A stretch of DNA of 64,000 bases from an uncultured Clostridia bacterium (GTDB taxonomy: Bacteria; Bacillota; Clostridia; Oscillospirales; Ruminococcaceae). A model generated the notes under the pieces. The model was given only the letters and a program-made list of their open reading frames with translations. It did not search any database and had not been told where the DNA came from. Location of the stretch: NCBI GenBank assembly GCA_947625915.1, contig CANQPX010000002.1, positions 40,303-104,302 on the forward strand, read 5' to 3'. Both the position numbers and the translations under genes were made by a program. Positions 15,987-26,017 of this stretch are shown piece after piece; within the stretch, counting starts at the first letter, position 1; every line of letters starts with the position of its first letter.

Positions 15987-17732
15987 CTATTCTGTTTTTT
16001 CTGTTTCTGATGTTTCTTCCGTTTCCGAAGTCTCCGAAGCGATCTCGGACGATCCCGCAGTTTCCGCCGTAACAGATGAAGTCTCCGTGGGCAGAACAGT
16101 TGTAGCCACCGAAGTTTCTTCTGTCTGAGGAACCGTTGTCACAGTGGTTTCCGTTACTGACGGCGGAACGGAAGTTTCGGCAGCGGGAGTGCTTGTCTGC
16201 GTTTCCGTAACTTTCGGAGCAGTCGTAACGGCATTTGTTGTGACAGCGGGAGTTCTTCCCTGAGTCAGCATTCTTTCATAATACTTTACCGTAGATCTTG
16301 TTGTCGCATGGAAAGTATTGTTTGCGAAAAGCAGATCGGTTATTCCCTTTTCCTTCAGATAATCTTCCGCATTATAGGTAAAATAGCGCATATCCATTAT
16401 ATAGATATCCTCGAACGACCCGAACAGGAACTGGGGCAAAGCGTTCCCGTAGCTGTCCTTGAATATAGCAAGCCTTCTGCCGTTGTCGGTGGAAGTATGA
16501 ACATGAGTTATCTTGGCGTCGCCGCCCATGAATGTGCAGTAAAGCGAGGACTTGCTCTTTGAAAAATCAATGAAAAAATCCGCGTGTATCGGTTCAGCCA
16601 TACCTATTATCGCGTTACCTTCACCGAGAAGGTAATTATAGTATGTCACATCGTAGTCAACATTTTTCGGAACATAATAAACAAAATCTTCAGGGTTATT
16701 TTTTATTGCTATATCCTGAGTGTAGCCGTACATCGTTCCCACATATCCGTCAACGGTCTTTACATCATAATCCGTAAGTTCCGAAAACGGCACTCCCGCG
16801 GCTTGGGCAAATTCTCTTGCCGCATAATATGCGCCCAGAGAAGTCCAGTGATGATCCGTGCGGAAATATATATTTTCCGTTCTGTGTGCTTCAAGCGACG
16901 TATACGCGTCCACCGTTACCACATCATCTGAAAGATGAGAATAGATGTTATTGATATTATCAAGCTGGCTCGCGTTATACGGCATGATGCTTTCGGGACA
17001 GTAAAATTCCGATGATGTAGGAACTACCATACAGTAAACGTTCACTTTATCTCCGAGAACTTTCTTATATTTTTCCACAACGTCCGCATATGCTTCTCCG
17101 ACCTTGAAATTCCCGCCGTAAAGCATCAATGCTCTTGTTCCCACGACAGCGATACCGTTATTGAGGATATTTACATTATCGTCCTCCGCAGGAGGTTCGG
17201 TCCCCTCCGTCATTGTTTCGGGAGCAGATGTTTCAGGCGCGGAAGTTTCCGTCTGCGCCGCCGTAACGGAAGGAACGTTTTGTTTATCGTCCGTTTCCGT
17301 GACCGCTGCAGCTGTCGTTTCTGTTACTGCGGCAGTTTCCGTTTCTTCGGGCATTGTCTCCGCTTCCGCTATAGCGACATTATGGAGTTTTATATCATGT
17401 GAGCGAAAACCCGTATATTCCTGCAATTGAGAAGCAATATTCATAAGCTTGTCGCGCATGGGAACGTTGTCCCTGAAAAACAATGTCACATCTTCCATGA
17501 AGCTGCCGTCAAATATCGCCTTTGATGTGAGTTCGGGGAACTCTGCGAGTTTTCTCTGTTCCAGTTCCGACTCACCGTTCCTCGGCATGAATATCATCGC
17601 TGCCATTATTGCGGCAAAAGCAGTGCCCATAACGGTAACATATACTATATCCGCCAACCGTTTCTTTTTCCTGTCGGTAGTGGGATATCTTGAAACGGTC
17701 TTTAGCTCTGCGCCCGAAGCTTTTTTGCCCAT
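15987..17732 (-). CDS. DHHW family protein
   Basis: 581-aa ORF with an N-terminal TM anchor and the diagnostic motif FRTDHHWTSLGAYY. Has T/E/A-rich low-complexity inserts and a similar C-terminal tail. Confidence 0.75.
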   Translation of the reverse strand: MGKKASGAELKTVSRYPTTDRKKKRLADIVYVTVMGTAFAAIMAAMIFMPRNGESELEQRKLAEFPELTSKAIFDGSFMEDVTLFFRDNVPMRDKLMNIASQLQEYTGFRSHDIKLHNVAIAEAETMPEETETAAVTETTAAAVTETDDKQNVPSVTAAQTETSAPETSAPETMTEGTEPPAEDDNVNILNNGIAVVGTRALMLYGGNFKVGEAYADVVEKYKKVLGDKVNVYCMVVPTSSEFYCPESIMPYNASQLDNINNIYSHLSDDVVTVDAYTSLEAHRTENIYFRTDHHWTSLGAYYAAREFAQAAGVPFSELTDYDVKTVDGYVGTMYGYTQDIAIKNNPEDFVYYVPKNVDYDVTYYNYLLGEGNAIIGMAEPIHADFFIDFSKSKSSLYCTFMGGDAKITHVHTSTDNGRRLAIFKDSYGNALPQFLFGSFEDIYIMDMRYFTYNAEDYLKEKGITDLLFANNTFHATTRSTVKYYERMLTQGRTPAVTTNAVTTAPKVTETQTSTPAAETSVPPSVTETTVTTVPQTEETSVATTVLPTETSSVTAETAGSSEIASETSETEETSETEKTE

Positions 17733-17754
17733 TCGACCAAATGCCTTTCCTTTC

Positions 17755-19239
17755 TCAGAATCTGAAATACAAAAACGGATTGTTCGTTCCGCTTATGAGC
17801 AGCAGTGTGCTTACGGTCAATAATATGACCGAGACCGCAGCTTTCCCCATCGTAAATATTGCCGCAGCCGCCGATGAAGACATACTGCCCCCTGTTTTGA
17901 GCGACTTTGCGTAAGCATTTTTTATGAACTGTCCCAACGGCAGCGAACATATCACCGCCGCCGCAAGCAAATAAAGATTTCCCGCCAGCGAATCCTGTAC
18001 GACAATATCCCACAGCGAATTTCCCGCCGCTCCGAACAGAGCCTTGACGAATTTCACCAATCTGCCCATATCGTCAAAATAGAATATTGCCCAGCCGAAA
18101 ATTATCAAAAAAAGGCTGTATATGTGTAAAAATACTTTAGGTATTTTATCTTTCACTTTCAATAATGTGTATTTTTCCAACATCACTATTATCCCGAAAT
18201 AAAGTCCCCATATCACAAAGTTCCAGCTTGCGCCATGCCACAATCCCGTCAGTAACCATACCGTCATTATATTTAACGGCTGGTGCCGCTTATTGCCGCC
18301 CATTGGGATATAAACATAATCCCTGAAAAACGACCCGAGGGAAATATGCCATCTTCGCCAGAATTCCGTTATCGACCTGCTTATATACGGATAGTTGAAA
18401 TTCTCATCAAATCTGAATCCGAAACATCTTCCCATTCCTATAGCCATATCCGAATATCCCGAAAAATCAAAATATATCTGCAGCGTGAACGCTATAAGCC
18501 CAAGCCATGCTCCTCCCACCGAAAGTCCGCCGACATCGCCGTCAAGGAACTGTTCCGATATTATCGAAAGCTGATTTGCAAGTATCACCTTTTTGCCGAG
18601 CCCTATAAAGAATTTGAAAGAACCTTCCGAAACGTCCGAAAGCGTAAGATTTCGGAAAATAATATCCTCCGCGATAGTTCCGTATCTTACTATAGGACCC
18701 GCTATCAGCTGCGGGAACATCGAAATGTACAGCAGTATCAGGAACGGATCTTTCTGCGGCTCAACATCTCCTCTGTACACGTCCGCAAGATATGATATCG
18801 ACTGGAACGTATAAAAACTTATCCCCACCGGCGTAACTATATCCGGCATCGGTATCGAAAATCCCAAAGAATTTACCGAACTTACAAGAAATCCCGCATA
18901 CTTAAAAACAAAAATAAGCGCGATATTGAACGTCACTCCCGCCGCAAGCGCAGCCTTTGAACGTTTGCCTTTTCTTGTTATCAGCAGTCCCGCCGCATAG
19001 TTCACCGCAACGCTGAACAGCATCAGCAGTATATATATCGGTTCTCCCCAAGCGTAAAAAATAAGTGAGAAAACTATAAGTACTGCGTTCGTTACCGGGT
19101 TTTCGTTTGCGGAAAATCTCCCGCTGCGTATTTTTCTGCGGAAAGTATTTATCGCCTTATCCGCAAACCCCGCAAGGATATAAAGGATAAGCACCGCGGG
19201 CAAAAAAACATATAAAAAGAACTGATCTGCAAATATCAT
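17755..19239 (-). CDS. MBOAT family O-acyltransferase (AlgI/DltB-like)
   Basis: 494-aa polytopic membrane ORF with MBOAT hallmarks, including WRRWHISL and the conserved His in LTGLWHGASW. Confidence 0.85.
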   Translation of the reverse strand: MIFADQFFLYVFLPAVLILYILAGFADKAINTFRRKIRSGRFSANENPVTNAVLIVFSLIFYAWGEPIYILLMLFSVAVNYAAGLLITRKGKRSKAALAAGVTFNIALIFVFKYAGFLVSSVNSLGFSIPMPDIVTPVGISFYTFQSISYLADVYRGDVEPQKDPFLILLYISMFPQLIAGPIVRYGTIAEDIIFRNLTLSDVSEGSFKFFIGLGKKVILANQLSIISEQFLDGDVGGLSVGGAWLGLIAFTLQIYFDFSGYSDMAIGMGRCFGFRFDENFNYPYISRSITEFWRRWHISLGSFFRDYVYIPMGGNKRHQPLNIMTVWLLTGLWHGASWNFVIWGLYFGIIVMLEKYTLLKVKDKIPKVFLHIYSLFLIIFGWAIFYFDDMGRLVKFVKALFGAAGNSLWDIVVQDSLAGNLYLLAAAVICSLPLGQFIKNAYAKSLKTGGSMSSSAAAAIFTMGKAAVSVILLTVSTLLLISGTNNPFLYFRF

Positions 19240-19297
19240 TATACGTTCCGCAAGCTCGCGGGGAGCTTTCCTTTCCTGTGAAATTTATCAAGTATCT

Positions 19298-20209
19298 TTA
19301 TTCTTCTGTTCCCGTGCTGTTATCGGCATTGTTATTGCTGCTTGACGGAGCACTGCTGCCAGAAGCGTTCTGCGAGTTTCCGTTCATCTGTTCAAGCAGC
19401 TTGGAAAGATCTATCATCATCGTTCCGCCGTCTCCCGAGACCACCGTAGGAAGTTTTCCGTCCCATTTTTCAATATAATTGCTTATGATTATCTCCGGGG
19501 TGAGCTGTTCGGATTTCAGCCTGTAAGCTTCTGCTTCCGCTTCCGCCTTTGCGACTGTCTGTTCAGCTTCGACTTTTATCCTCTGCAAGTCCTGTTCCGC
19601 TTTAAGGGCATTCTGCTGAGCGGTCTGTTTAGCTTCGATAGCGGCGTTATATTCCGCTGTGAACTCAAATCCCGTTATGTTGAATATCTGTATATCTATA
19701 CCGTATGAACCTATTTTCTGTCTGAGAAGTTCCATCATCTGATCGCTGACGTTCTGGCGGTTCGTGATAAGTTCTTCAGCGGTAAATTTTGCTGTAACGG
19801 CTTTTACACATTCCACCACTGCGGGAGTAATTATGACCGACTCATAATCCATTCCGATATTTTTATAAACGCTTGCGGAATAGGAATTCAGTATCTTGTA
19901 GTTTACCACTATAGTCGAAGTTACCGTCTGCAAGTCTTTTGAAGCCGAAGAAGCGTCGTTCACTTCTGCTTTTTTTACTCTGTTGTCTATCAGCACTATC
20001 TGCTGAACGAACGGTATCTTGAAGTGCAATCCTTCGTTAAGTACATTATCCGACACCTGTCCGAGAGTTACCACTACTCCGCTGTGACCCGCCGTGACTA
20101 CCGTAAATGAACTTAAAATCAGCAATACCAGAACGGCGATGACTACTATTATGGTGATTATCTTTCCCATTGACTTGCCGCCCACGTCAATAACTTTATT
20201 TTCCGCCAT
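19298..20209 (-). CDS. SPFH/band-7 (prohibitin-like) membrane protein
   Basis: 303-aa ORF. N-terminal TM helix, an SPFH domain pattern, then an Ala/Glu-rich coiled-coil (AEQTVAKAEAEAEAYRLK). Confidence 0.8.
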   Translation of the reverse strand: MAENKVIDVGGKSMGKIITIIVVIAVLVLLILSSFTVVTAGHSGVVVTLGQVSDNVLNEGLHFKIPFVQQIVLIDNRVKKAEVNDASSASKDLQTVTSTIVVNYKILNSYSASVYKNIGMDYESVIITPAVVECVKAVTAKFTAEELITNRQNVSDQMMELLRQKIGSYGIDIQIFNITGFEFTAEYNAAIEAKQTAQQNALKAEQDLQRIKVEAEQTVAKAEAEAEAYRLKSEQLTPEIIISNYIEKWDGKLPTVVSGDGGTMMIDLSKLLEQMNGNSQNASGSSAPSSSNNNADNSTGTEE

Positions 20210-20239
20210 TTATAATACCTTCCTTTCAGAAATCGCCAT

Positions 20240-20515
20240 TCAGAACGCCAGTGTATCGCTGCCTACGTCGTCGTCATCAATGCCGTCATGATCGTTTTCA
20301 TAAGCTTTATCGCCGTCATAAATGTCGAATTCGCTTGCCGTAAGTTTACTTCTGCCCATGCTTTTTACAAGTGCAAAGATCGAAACTGCAAGTGCGATGA
20401 GTGAAACTGCCGCAGCAAACAAAGCCATTGCCGAAGCAAATGAACTTTCCTCTTTAGCGGAGCAATTTGTACATTCCATAAGATCTGATCTTTTCATATC
20501 CATACTTCCTTTCAT
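20240..20515 (-). CDS. small single-pass membrane protein with acidic tail (hypothetical)
   Basis: 91-aa ORF with one TM helix (FASAMALFAAAVSLIALAVSIFALV) and a D-rich C-terminus. No family recognised. Confidence 0.4.
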   Translation of the reverse strand: MKGSMDMKRSDLMECTNCSAKEESSFASAMALFAAAVSLIALAVSIFALVKSMGRSKLTASEFDIYDGDKAYENDHDGIDDDDVGSDTLAF

Positions 20516-20526
20516 TATTTGATCCG

Positions 20527-21393
20527 TCAGCCGTCCTCAAGTTCCTTGAGAGCCTGTATCTCTTCCTTATCGATCCTCATTTTTCCGTCTTTTATTATTG
20601 TAACGTCCTCTTTATCGTAGATAACGGCGGGGTCTTCTGATTTTTCCTGTTTTACTTTAAGTTTTCCCGTGAGCAGGTTGACTTCCTCCACATAGCCCTT
20701 GAAATCGGGAGTTTTTACATAAGCGCCCACTCTCGGAGTATTTTTCCACAGGTACTCATATGAATCCTGTTCATATTTAAGGCAGCACATAAGCCTTCCG
20801 CAAGTTCCTGAAATTTTTGTAGGGTTCAGTGAAAGCCCCTGTTCCTTAGCCATTTTTATAGAAACAGGCTGGAACTCGCCCAGAAAGCCTTTACAGCAGA
20901 ATTCCCTTCCGCATATCCCGAGCCCGCCGAGGATCTTCGATTCATCGCGTACGCCTATCTGCCGCAGCTCGATCCTTGTTCTGAACACCGAAGCAAGGTC
21001 TTTTACCAGCTCGCGGAAGTCCACTCTTGTTTCCGCCGTAAAATAAAAAAGCAGTTTATTGTTATCAAAAGTACACTCCACGTCCACAAGCTTCATATCC
21101 AGTTTATGGTCAAGGATCTTTCCCTGACAGATCTTAAAGGCGTTTTCCTCCTTGACTTTATTCTGTTCAATGACTTTAAGATCCTGTTTTGTGGCAGGTC
21201 TTATTATTTCTTTCAGCGGAGCCGTTATAAGTTCGTCCTCGATCATTCTGTTTTCGATGACCACTTCGCCGCACTCAACGCCTCTGGCGGTCTCGACTAT
21301 CACGAGCGAACCTCTTTCAAGTTTTGTTCTTCCCGGGGAGAAATAGTAGACTTTTCCGGCACTTTTGAACCGTACTCCAATTATTTCGGTCAT
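20527..21393 (-). CDS. ricT: PSP1-domain protein YaaT/RicT
   Basis: 288-aa ORF. N-terminus IIGVRFKSAGKVYYF, a Cys cluster GGLGICGREFCC...CGRLMCCL, and a conserved position after holB. Confidence 0.85.
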   Translation of the reverse strand: MTEIIGVRFKSAGKVYYFSPGRTKLERGSLVIVETARGVECGEVVIENRMIEDELITAPLKEIIRPATKQDLKVIEQNKVKEENAFKICQGKILDHKLDMKLVDVECTFDNNKLLFYFTAETRVDFRELVKDLASVFRTRIELRQIGVRDESKILGGLGICGREFCCKGFLGEFQPVSIKMAKEQGLSLNPTKISGTCGRLMCCLKYEQDSYEYLWKNTPRVGAYVKTPDFKGYVEEVNLLTGKLKVKQEKSEDPAVIYDKEDVTIIKDGKMRIDKEEIQALKELEDG

Positions 21394-21451
21394 ATACTGT
21401 TCCTTTCTTTATACAAAAAGTATATTTTGATCAAAAAAATACATTTTGCCA

Positions 21452-22408
21452 TTATATTACCTTGCTTGCAAAAGATGCTGCTTCCAACGGAACATTTGCT
21501 GTTCCCGCGCATCTTGCGCAAGTCGTATTTACAGCTTCGTGTATCGTTTCCGCGCGGTGGCGGCTTATCGTTCGGGAAAGCTTTTCCGCCCCCTCGGGAT
21601 CGCAGCCTATGAGCGGGATATTCCCGTATCTCATCATACACGCATCGCGGACCGTTTTATCAACAAGTCCGAGTATCTGTCTTACTTTCGGTCTGTCGTC
21701 GCCTATATCGTACAAAGCTTTCAGCAGATCGTATTCGCTGCCGTCCGCTATCGCCGAAACTATCCTTCCGCAGAGTTCCGCGTTTTCCGCAAGTTCCCCG
21801 CCCGAAAGATATTCCATGCAGCAGCCTATGTTCCCATGGAAACGCTTTAACGCGTCGTCTATTTGTTCCGCCGTATAGCAGCCTTTATCCGCAAGAGCGG
21901 CTTTGCAGTCATTTTCCGAAGCCTCAGGTATGCCGATCGTTACGACTCTTGACAATATCGTAGGCAGAAAAACGCTTCCGCTTACGGCGGTGAAGATAAA
22001 GTACGCCGTATCGGGAGGTTCTTCAATAAGTTTAAGCATCAGGTTCTGTGAACTTTCCTCAATGCTTTCGCAATCGGTAAAGATATACACCTTCACATCG
22101 CAGTCATTCGGTGCAACAAAAGCATCTCCGCACACCTGACGTATAGTTTCTCGGTTGTATATCTGTTTTTTTCCTGATTTTTCGGGTCTTATAACATCGG
22201 GGTGAGTGCCTGAAAGAATCCTTTTGCAGTTCCGACATTCACCGCAGGCACTGCCATTTTCGCACATAAGCGACATGGCGATATAGTCCGCAAATGTTTT
22301 TTTCCCGACGCCTTTTTCGCCCGTAAGCAAAAAAGCATGGGGAAATCTGCCCGTACGTTTCATTGACTCGACAGCCGCCGAAGGCATTTCCTTTGAATAA
22401 AGCTTCAT
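21452..22408 (-). CDS. holB: DNA polymerase III subunit delta'
   Basis: 318-aa ORF with AFLLTGEKGVGKKT, the zinc module CGECRNCKRILSGTHPD and synteny with yaaT. Confidence 0.8.
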   Translation of the reverse strand: MKLYSKEMPSAAVESMKRTGRFPHAFLLTGEKGVGKKTFADYIAMSLMCENGSACGECRNCKRILSGTHPDVIRPEKSGKKQIYNRETIRQVCGDAFVAPNDCDVKVYIFTDCESIEESSQNLMLKLIEEPPDTAYFIFTAVSGSVFLPTILSRVVTIGIPEASENDCKAALADKGCYTAEQIDDALKRFHGNIGCCMEYLSGGELAENAELCGRIVSAIADGSEYDLLKALYDIGDDRPKVRQILGLVDKTVRDACMMRYGNIPLIGCDPEGAEKLSRTISRHRAETIHEAVNTTCARCAGTANVPLEAASFASKVI

Positions 22409-22794
22409 ACCTTTTCAAACCGTTCAACGTCCGTAACGAAGATAGTCGCGCCGCCGACGGAAACTTCCACCGGGAAGCTTGCGCTCTGCATTTCCGCGCC
22501 CGCAAGTATCGTAGCGGGAACATACTGTTTTCTTCTTCTTGAACGTTCCTTGATTATTTCGATGATCTCGTCCACCTTATCATCATCAGTACAGATCATG
22601 AAAGTGGTATTTCCCGACATAAGGAAACCGCCTGTTGAAGCAAGCTTTGTAGCAAAAAATCCCGATTTTGTCAAAGCTGCGGAAACATCGTGGCTGTCAT
22701 CGTTATTTACAATAGCATATATAAGTTTCATACACATCGCTCCGATCGTCCCGAATGGGTCAAATGTCAAGTTTTCCGCATGATAACACATCAT
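22405..22794 (-). CDS. darA: PII-like cyclic-di-AMP receptor (DarA/YaaQ family)
   Basis: The MKLIYAIVNNDDSHDV... core is typical of YaaQ/DarA, and the gene lies upstream of holB as in Bacillus. The real start is probably the internal Met at 22731 (108 aa), so the 129-aa ORF is likely over-extended. Confidence 0.6.
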   Translation of the reverse strand: MMCYHAENLTFDPFGTIGAMCMKLIYAIVNNDDSHDVSAALTKSGFFATKLASTGGFLMSGNTTFMICTDDDKVDEIIEIIKERSRRRKQYVPATILAGAEMQSASFPVEVSVGGATIFVTDVERFEKV

Positions 22795-22810
22795 TGCGGT
22801 ACACCTATAA

Positions 22811-24151
22811 TCATTTTACCACATTTACTTGAAAAATGCTATAGTTTTTTAAAATTTTTATAGTATTTTCATCAATGATCTCACCTGCCGCGACTGCGGG
22901 GACGCACGGCGGGCATACCGAAACGGTCTCGGCGGCTGTTCTGCCGAGGGAATCATCGACATTCACTGTCTCTCTGCTTGAAAAGAAAGCCTCCGCAGGA
23001 GAAAGTGCGCGTTTCAGCGGCAAAATATCAAGATCCGGCGCATCTATGCGAATTTTCGGCATTCTTATATTTTCCATAGCGGCTGCGATCTTCTGCATAT
23101 CTTCCTCTGTGTTCATGACAGAAAGCATCATCACCGTATGCACCGTATCGGAATATTCCGTCTCGATCCCCTGTACGCGAAGTTTTTCCGCAAGTTCATT
23201 TCCCGTAAGACCGCAAAGCAGCGCGTTCACCGTAATTTTTAACGGTTCTGAGCAAAGTATCTCATAAGCGGGCGAAAGCCTTTCTTTAAGAGCGTTTATC
23301 CGTTTCACCGTTTCGGAAAGGTCTTTGCGGAAATTTTCCGCAAGATATCTGTTGCATATGTCAAGGCTTTCCAGAATGAGATAACTCGGGCTTGTGCTGC
23401 CGAAAAGCGACATATTGCGTTTCAATCCCGCCGCAGTTATATCCATACGTTCTCCCGTATGCAGATATGCCCCGCCCGTAAGCACGGGAAGCGTTTTATG
23501 CGCAGAATCGCAGCACATATCCGCGCCGAGAGCGATGGGGTGCAAATTTTTCTCAAGGAACGCCAGATATGCGCCGTGTGCGTTATCCACCAGCAGCGGC
23601 AGATCATATTTATGACAAACATCGGCAATTCTCTCAATATCCGCCATTCCGCCCAGATAATCGGGAGAAGTGATAAACACACAAGCGGGGCATTTATCCT
23701 TATTGGAAACTATTGTATTTTCCACGTTATCGGGAGAAATTTCCCCCGAAACGGCGGAACCGTTCCTATATTCGGGATATATCCATATCGGATCAAGTTC
23801 CAACAAAACGCAGGTATTCATGACCGAGCGGTGGGCATTTCTCGCACATATAAAAGAGCGCCCCTTCCCGCACACAGAAGCGAGCATAGTTTGTATACAA
23901 AGAGTAGAACCGCCCGCCGAATATACAGTTTGTTTGCTGCCGAAAAGTTTTGAAGCGTTTAATTCGCTTTGTCTTATAATACCGTTTGCATCGAACAGTG
24001 AATCCGCGCCTTTAATTTCCGTAATATCGAGATCAAAGGCATTTCCGAGGTCGCAGTCGGGCAAAGTTTTTCCCTTATGACCGGGCATATGGGCGCGGGT
24101 GGGGAAACTTTTCACATAGTTTTCCGTGAAATCGTAAATAGGAGTATTCAT
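22811..24151 (-). CDS. PLP-dependent Orn/Lys/Arg decarboxylase family protein (YaaO-like)
   Basis: 446-aa ORF with N-terminal RAHMPGHKG, the PLP-lysine region SAHKTLP, and synteny with the darA-holB-yaaT block. Confidence 0.75.
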   Translation of the reverse strand: MNTPIYDFTENYVKSFPTRAHMPGHKGKTLPDCDLGNAFDLDITEIKGADSLFDANGIIRQSELNASKLFGSKQTVYSAGGSTLCIQTMLASVCGKGRSFICARNAHRSVMNTCVLLELDPIWIYPEYRNGSAVSGEISPDNVENTIVSNKDKCPACVFITSPDYLGGMADIERIADVCHKYDLPLLVDNAHGAYLAFLEKNLHPIALGADMCCDSAHKTLPVLTGGAYLHTGERMDITAAGLKRNMSLFGSTSPSYLILESLDICNRYLAENFRKDLSETVKRINALKERLSPAYEILCSEPLKITVNALLCGLTGNELAEKLRVQGIETEYSDTVHTVMMLSVMNTEEDMQKIAAAMENIRMPKIRIDAPDLDILPLKRALSPAEAFFSSRETVNVDDSLGRTAAETVSVCPPCVPAVAAGEIIDENTIKILKNYSIFQVNVVK

Positions 24152-24179
24152 AGGGGGACCTTTCTTTCAAATTTTTAGA

Positions 24180-25070
24180 GTGGAGGTAGGCTGAGCCTGC
24201 CGACAGTGTGGAGAGTTGAGATACTGACGGGGTTTTGAGGTGTTCTGTTCTTATATTTAGTTTTGTGAAAATTTCTTAGTTTTATGTTTCGGGGGACAGA
24301 ACCTTCCGGGAAGGGCGACCCCGAGAAATTAACAGGGACGCTCGCACGGGTTCTCCCTTCCCCTGCGGTTCTGTCCCCCGAGCCCCCTACTCCCCAACCC
24401 TATCCCTCTCCACGCTTGCTACCGAAAAGGTTGATATTATAGAAAAATTTTCTTCGTACTCTATAACATATATTATTGAGTCAATAGGAACCGTCAGTTT
24501 GGTTTATCTTGGTACGAGAGTTCTACTGTTAGTTTGATATTCAACAATTATAGAGTTCTACACGGGAAAGGACTCCACAAAAAGAAAATCTATTGTTTAG
24601 AACGCTTATTCTTCTTTAATTTTCATCTAATAGTAGTGCGCTCGTACTAAGATAAGCAAAACCAAAGAACCCGTAGCCATCGCTTTCCACGTTCAAGAGT
24701 TCTAAAAAACCTTTTCTATATTTTCAACTTTGAGCATAGCGAGCGCGGAAGGGGTTAGGTTGAAGGAAAGTGGGGAGCGCGAGGGGAGAAAAACTAAGGG
24801 AAGGGGAAAACCGTGCGAGCGCCCATAGGGGCGGTCGGGTTTCCCCGTCCCTTATGGTTGTCTTCCCCTCGCACGTTTTGGCAAAATAAAAATTTTACTA
24901 TAGCTTTTTAAGAAAAGCAATCTCCGCCCCTTTTACATTTGCCCCGAAAACACAAAAAGAGGTCATAAGCAAAATAAAGAATAAGAAAAGCAAACTAAAG
25001 AACCCGCAAAAGTTTTACACCGAAAGAAAAACTAAAAAGATTTTTACTAAGCTTTTGTTAAAAAGCAATT
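24180..25070. repeat. large nested imperfect palindrome, copy 2 (non-coding)
   Basis: Dyad symmetry is centred near 24579. The core is bounded by CCACGCTTGCTAC (24410..24422) and ATAGCGAGCGCGG (24736..24748). Hairpin arms lie at 24291..24379 and 24780..24871. It has exact 45-nt and 48-nt direct matches to the copy 1 core and an exact 43-nt inverted match to the copy 1 left arm. Confidence 0.85.
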
Positions 25071-25169
25071 TCCCTTTAGGGAAAAATAATTTACACCCTT
25101 GTAACATATGAGAAGGGAAATTACGCTATAATTAACCGAAAGAACTTCAATAAAAGGTGCCTTTTTTGT

Positions 25170-25904
25170 ATGAAAAAAATCAAATGCCTTAATTCCCTGC
25201 ATCTGAAAATAATTGCCGCAGCTTTTATGCTGCTCGACCATATGTGGTCAACGATAGCCCCCGATCAGATGTGGCTCACCGCCGCAGGAAGGATCGCGTT
25301 CCCGATATTTGCCTTCCAGATCGCGGAAGGGTTCTACTATACCAAAAACAGAAAAAAATATTTTTTCAGAATGCTGATATTTGCCGCGATCTCGGAAATA
25401 CCGTTCAACTTAATAGCTGGCGGAGGAATGATCTATCCGATACATCAGAATGTAATGTTTACATTTTGTATATCAATATTGATAATGATGCTCCTTGAAA
25501 AAGCAAAGGCAAAAAACATGACCGTCTTTATAATTGCCGCGATAATAACCGTTCCGCTCAGTTTTTTGATAGGCTTTATAACATTTGTAGACTATTTCGG
25601 ATACGGGATATGGACAGTGCTGATATTCTATCTTTTCCGCGGTGTTAAGTTCGGTCAGATAGCCGAACTTGCGGGAATAGTTTACATCAATTGGTTCATG
25701 ATAGGCGGACTTGTATATTATGTGCCGCTGTTCGGACATCAGATCGAGATCCCCGAGCAAGGCTTTGCAATACTTGCGCTTATACCCATATGGCTCTATA
25801 ACGGCAAAAAAGGTTATTCGGGAAAAGCGGCACAGTATTTCTTCTACATTTTCTACCCAGCGCATATGCTCATTCTTTACATTCTGGAGCATATAATGTA
25901 TTGA
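25170..25904 (+). CDS. TraX family membrane protein
   Basis: 244-aa polytopic ORF starting LHLKIIAAAFMLLDHMW, characteristic of the TraX family. Confidence 0.7.
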   Translation: MKKIKCLNSLHLKIIAAAFMLLDHMWSTIAPDQMWLTAAGRIAFPIFAFQIAEGFYYTKNRKKYFFRMLIFAAISEIPFNLIAGGGMIYPIHQNVMFTFCISILIMMLLEKAKAKNMTVFIIAAIITVPLSFLIGFITFVDYFGYGIWTVLIFYLFRGVKFGQIAELAGIVYINWFMIGGLVYYVPLFGHQIEIPEQGFAILALIPIWLYNGKKGYSGKAAQYFFYIFYPAHMLILYILEHIMY

Positions 25905-25932
25905 ACACGTTACAGGCTTTGCCGTCCAAATC

Positions 25933-25968
25933 AAAAAGAGAACGTTTTTCGCGGCGTTCTCTTTTTAT
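25933..25968. terminator. bidirectional rho-independent terminator
   Basis: AAAAAGAGAACG-loop-CGTTCTCTTTTT lies between the convergent traX-like and HAD genes. Confidence 0.6.
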
Positions 25969-26017
25969 TATATTATCGGGAACTTATCATTGAATGTTTT
26001 CGGGAAAATTTTTCTTT

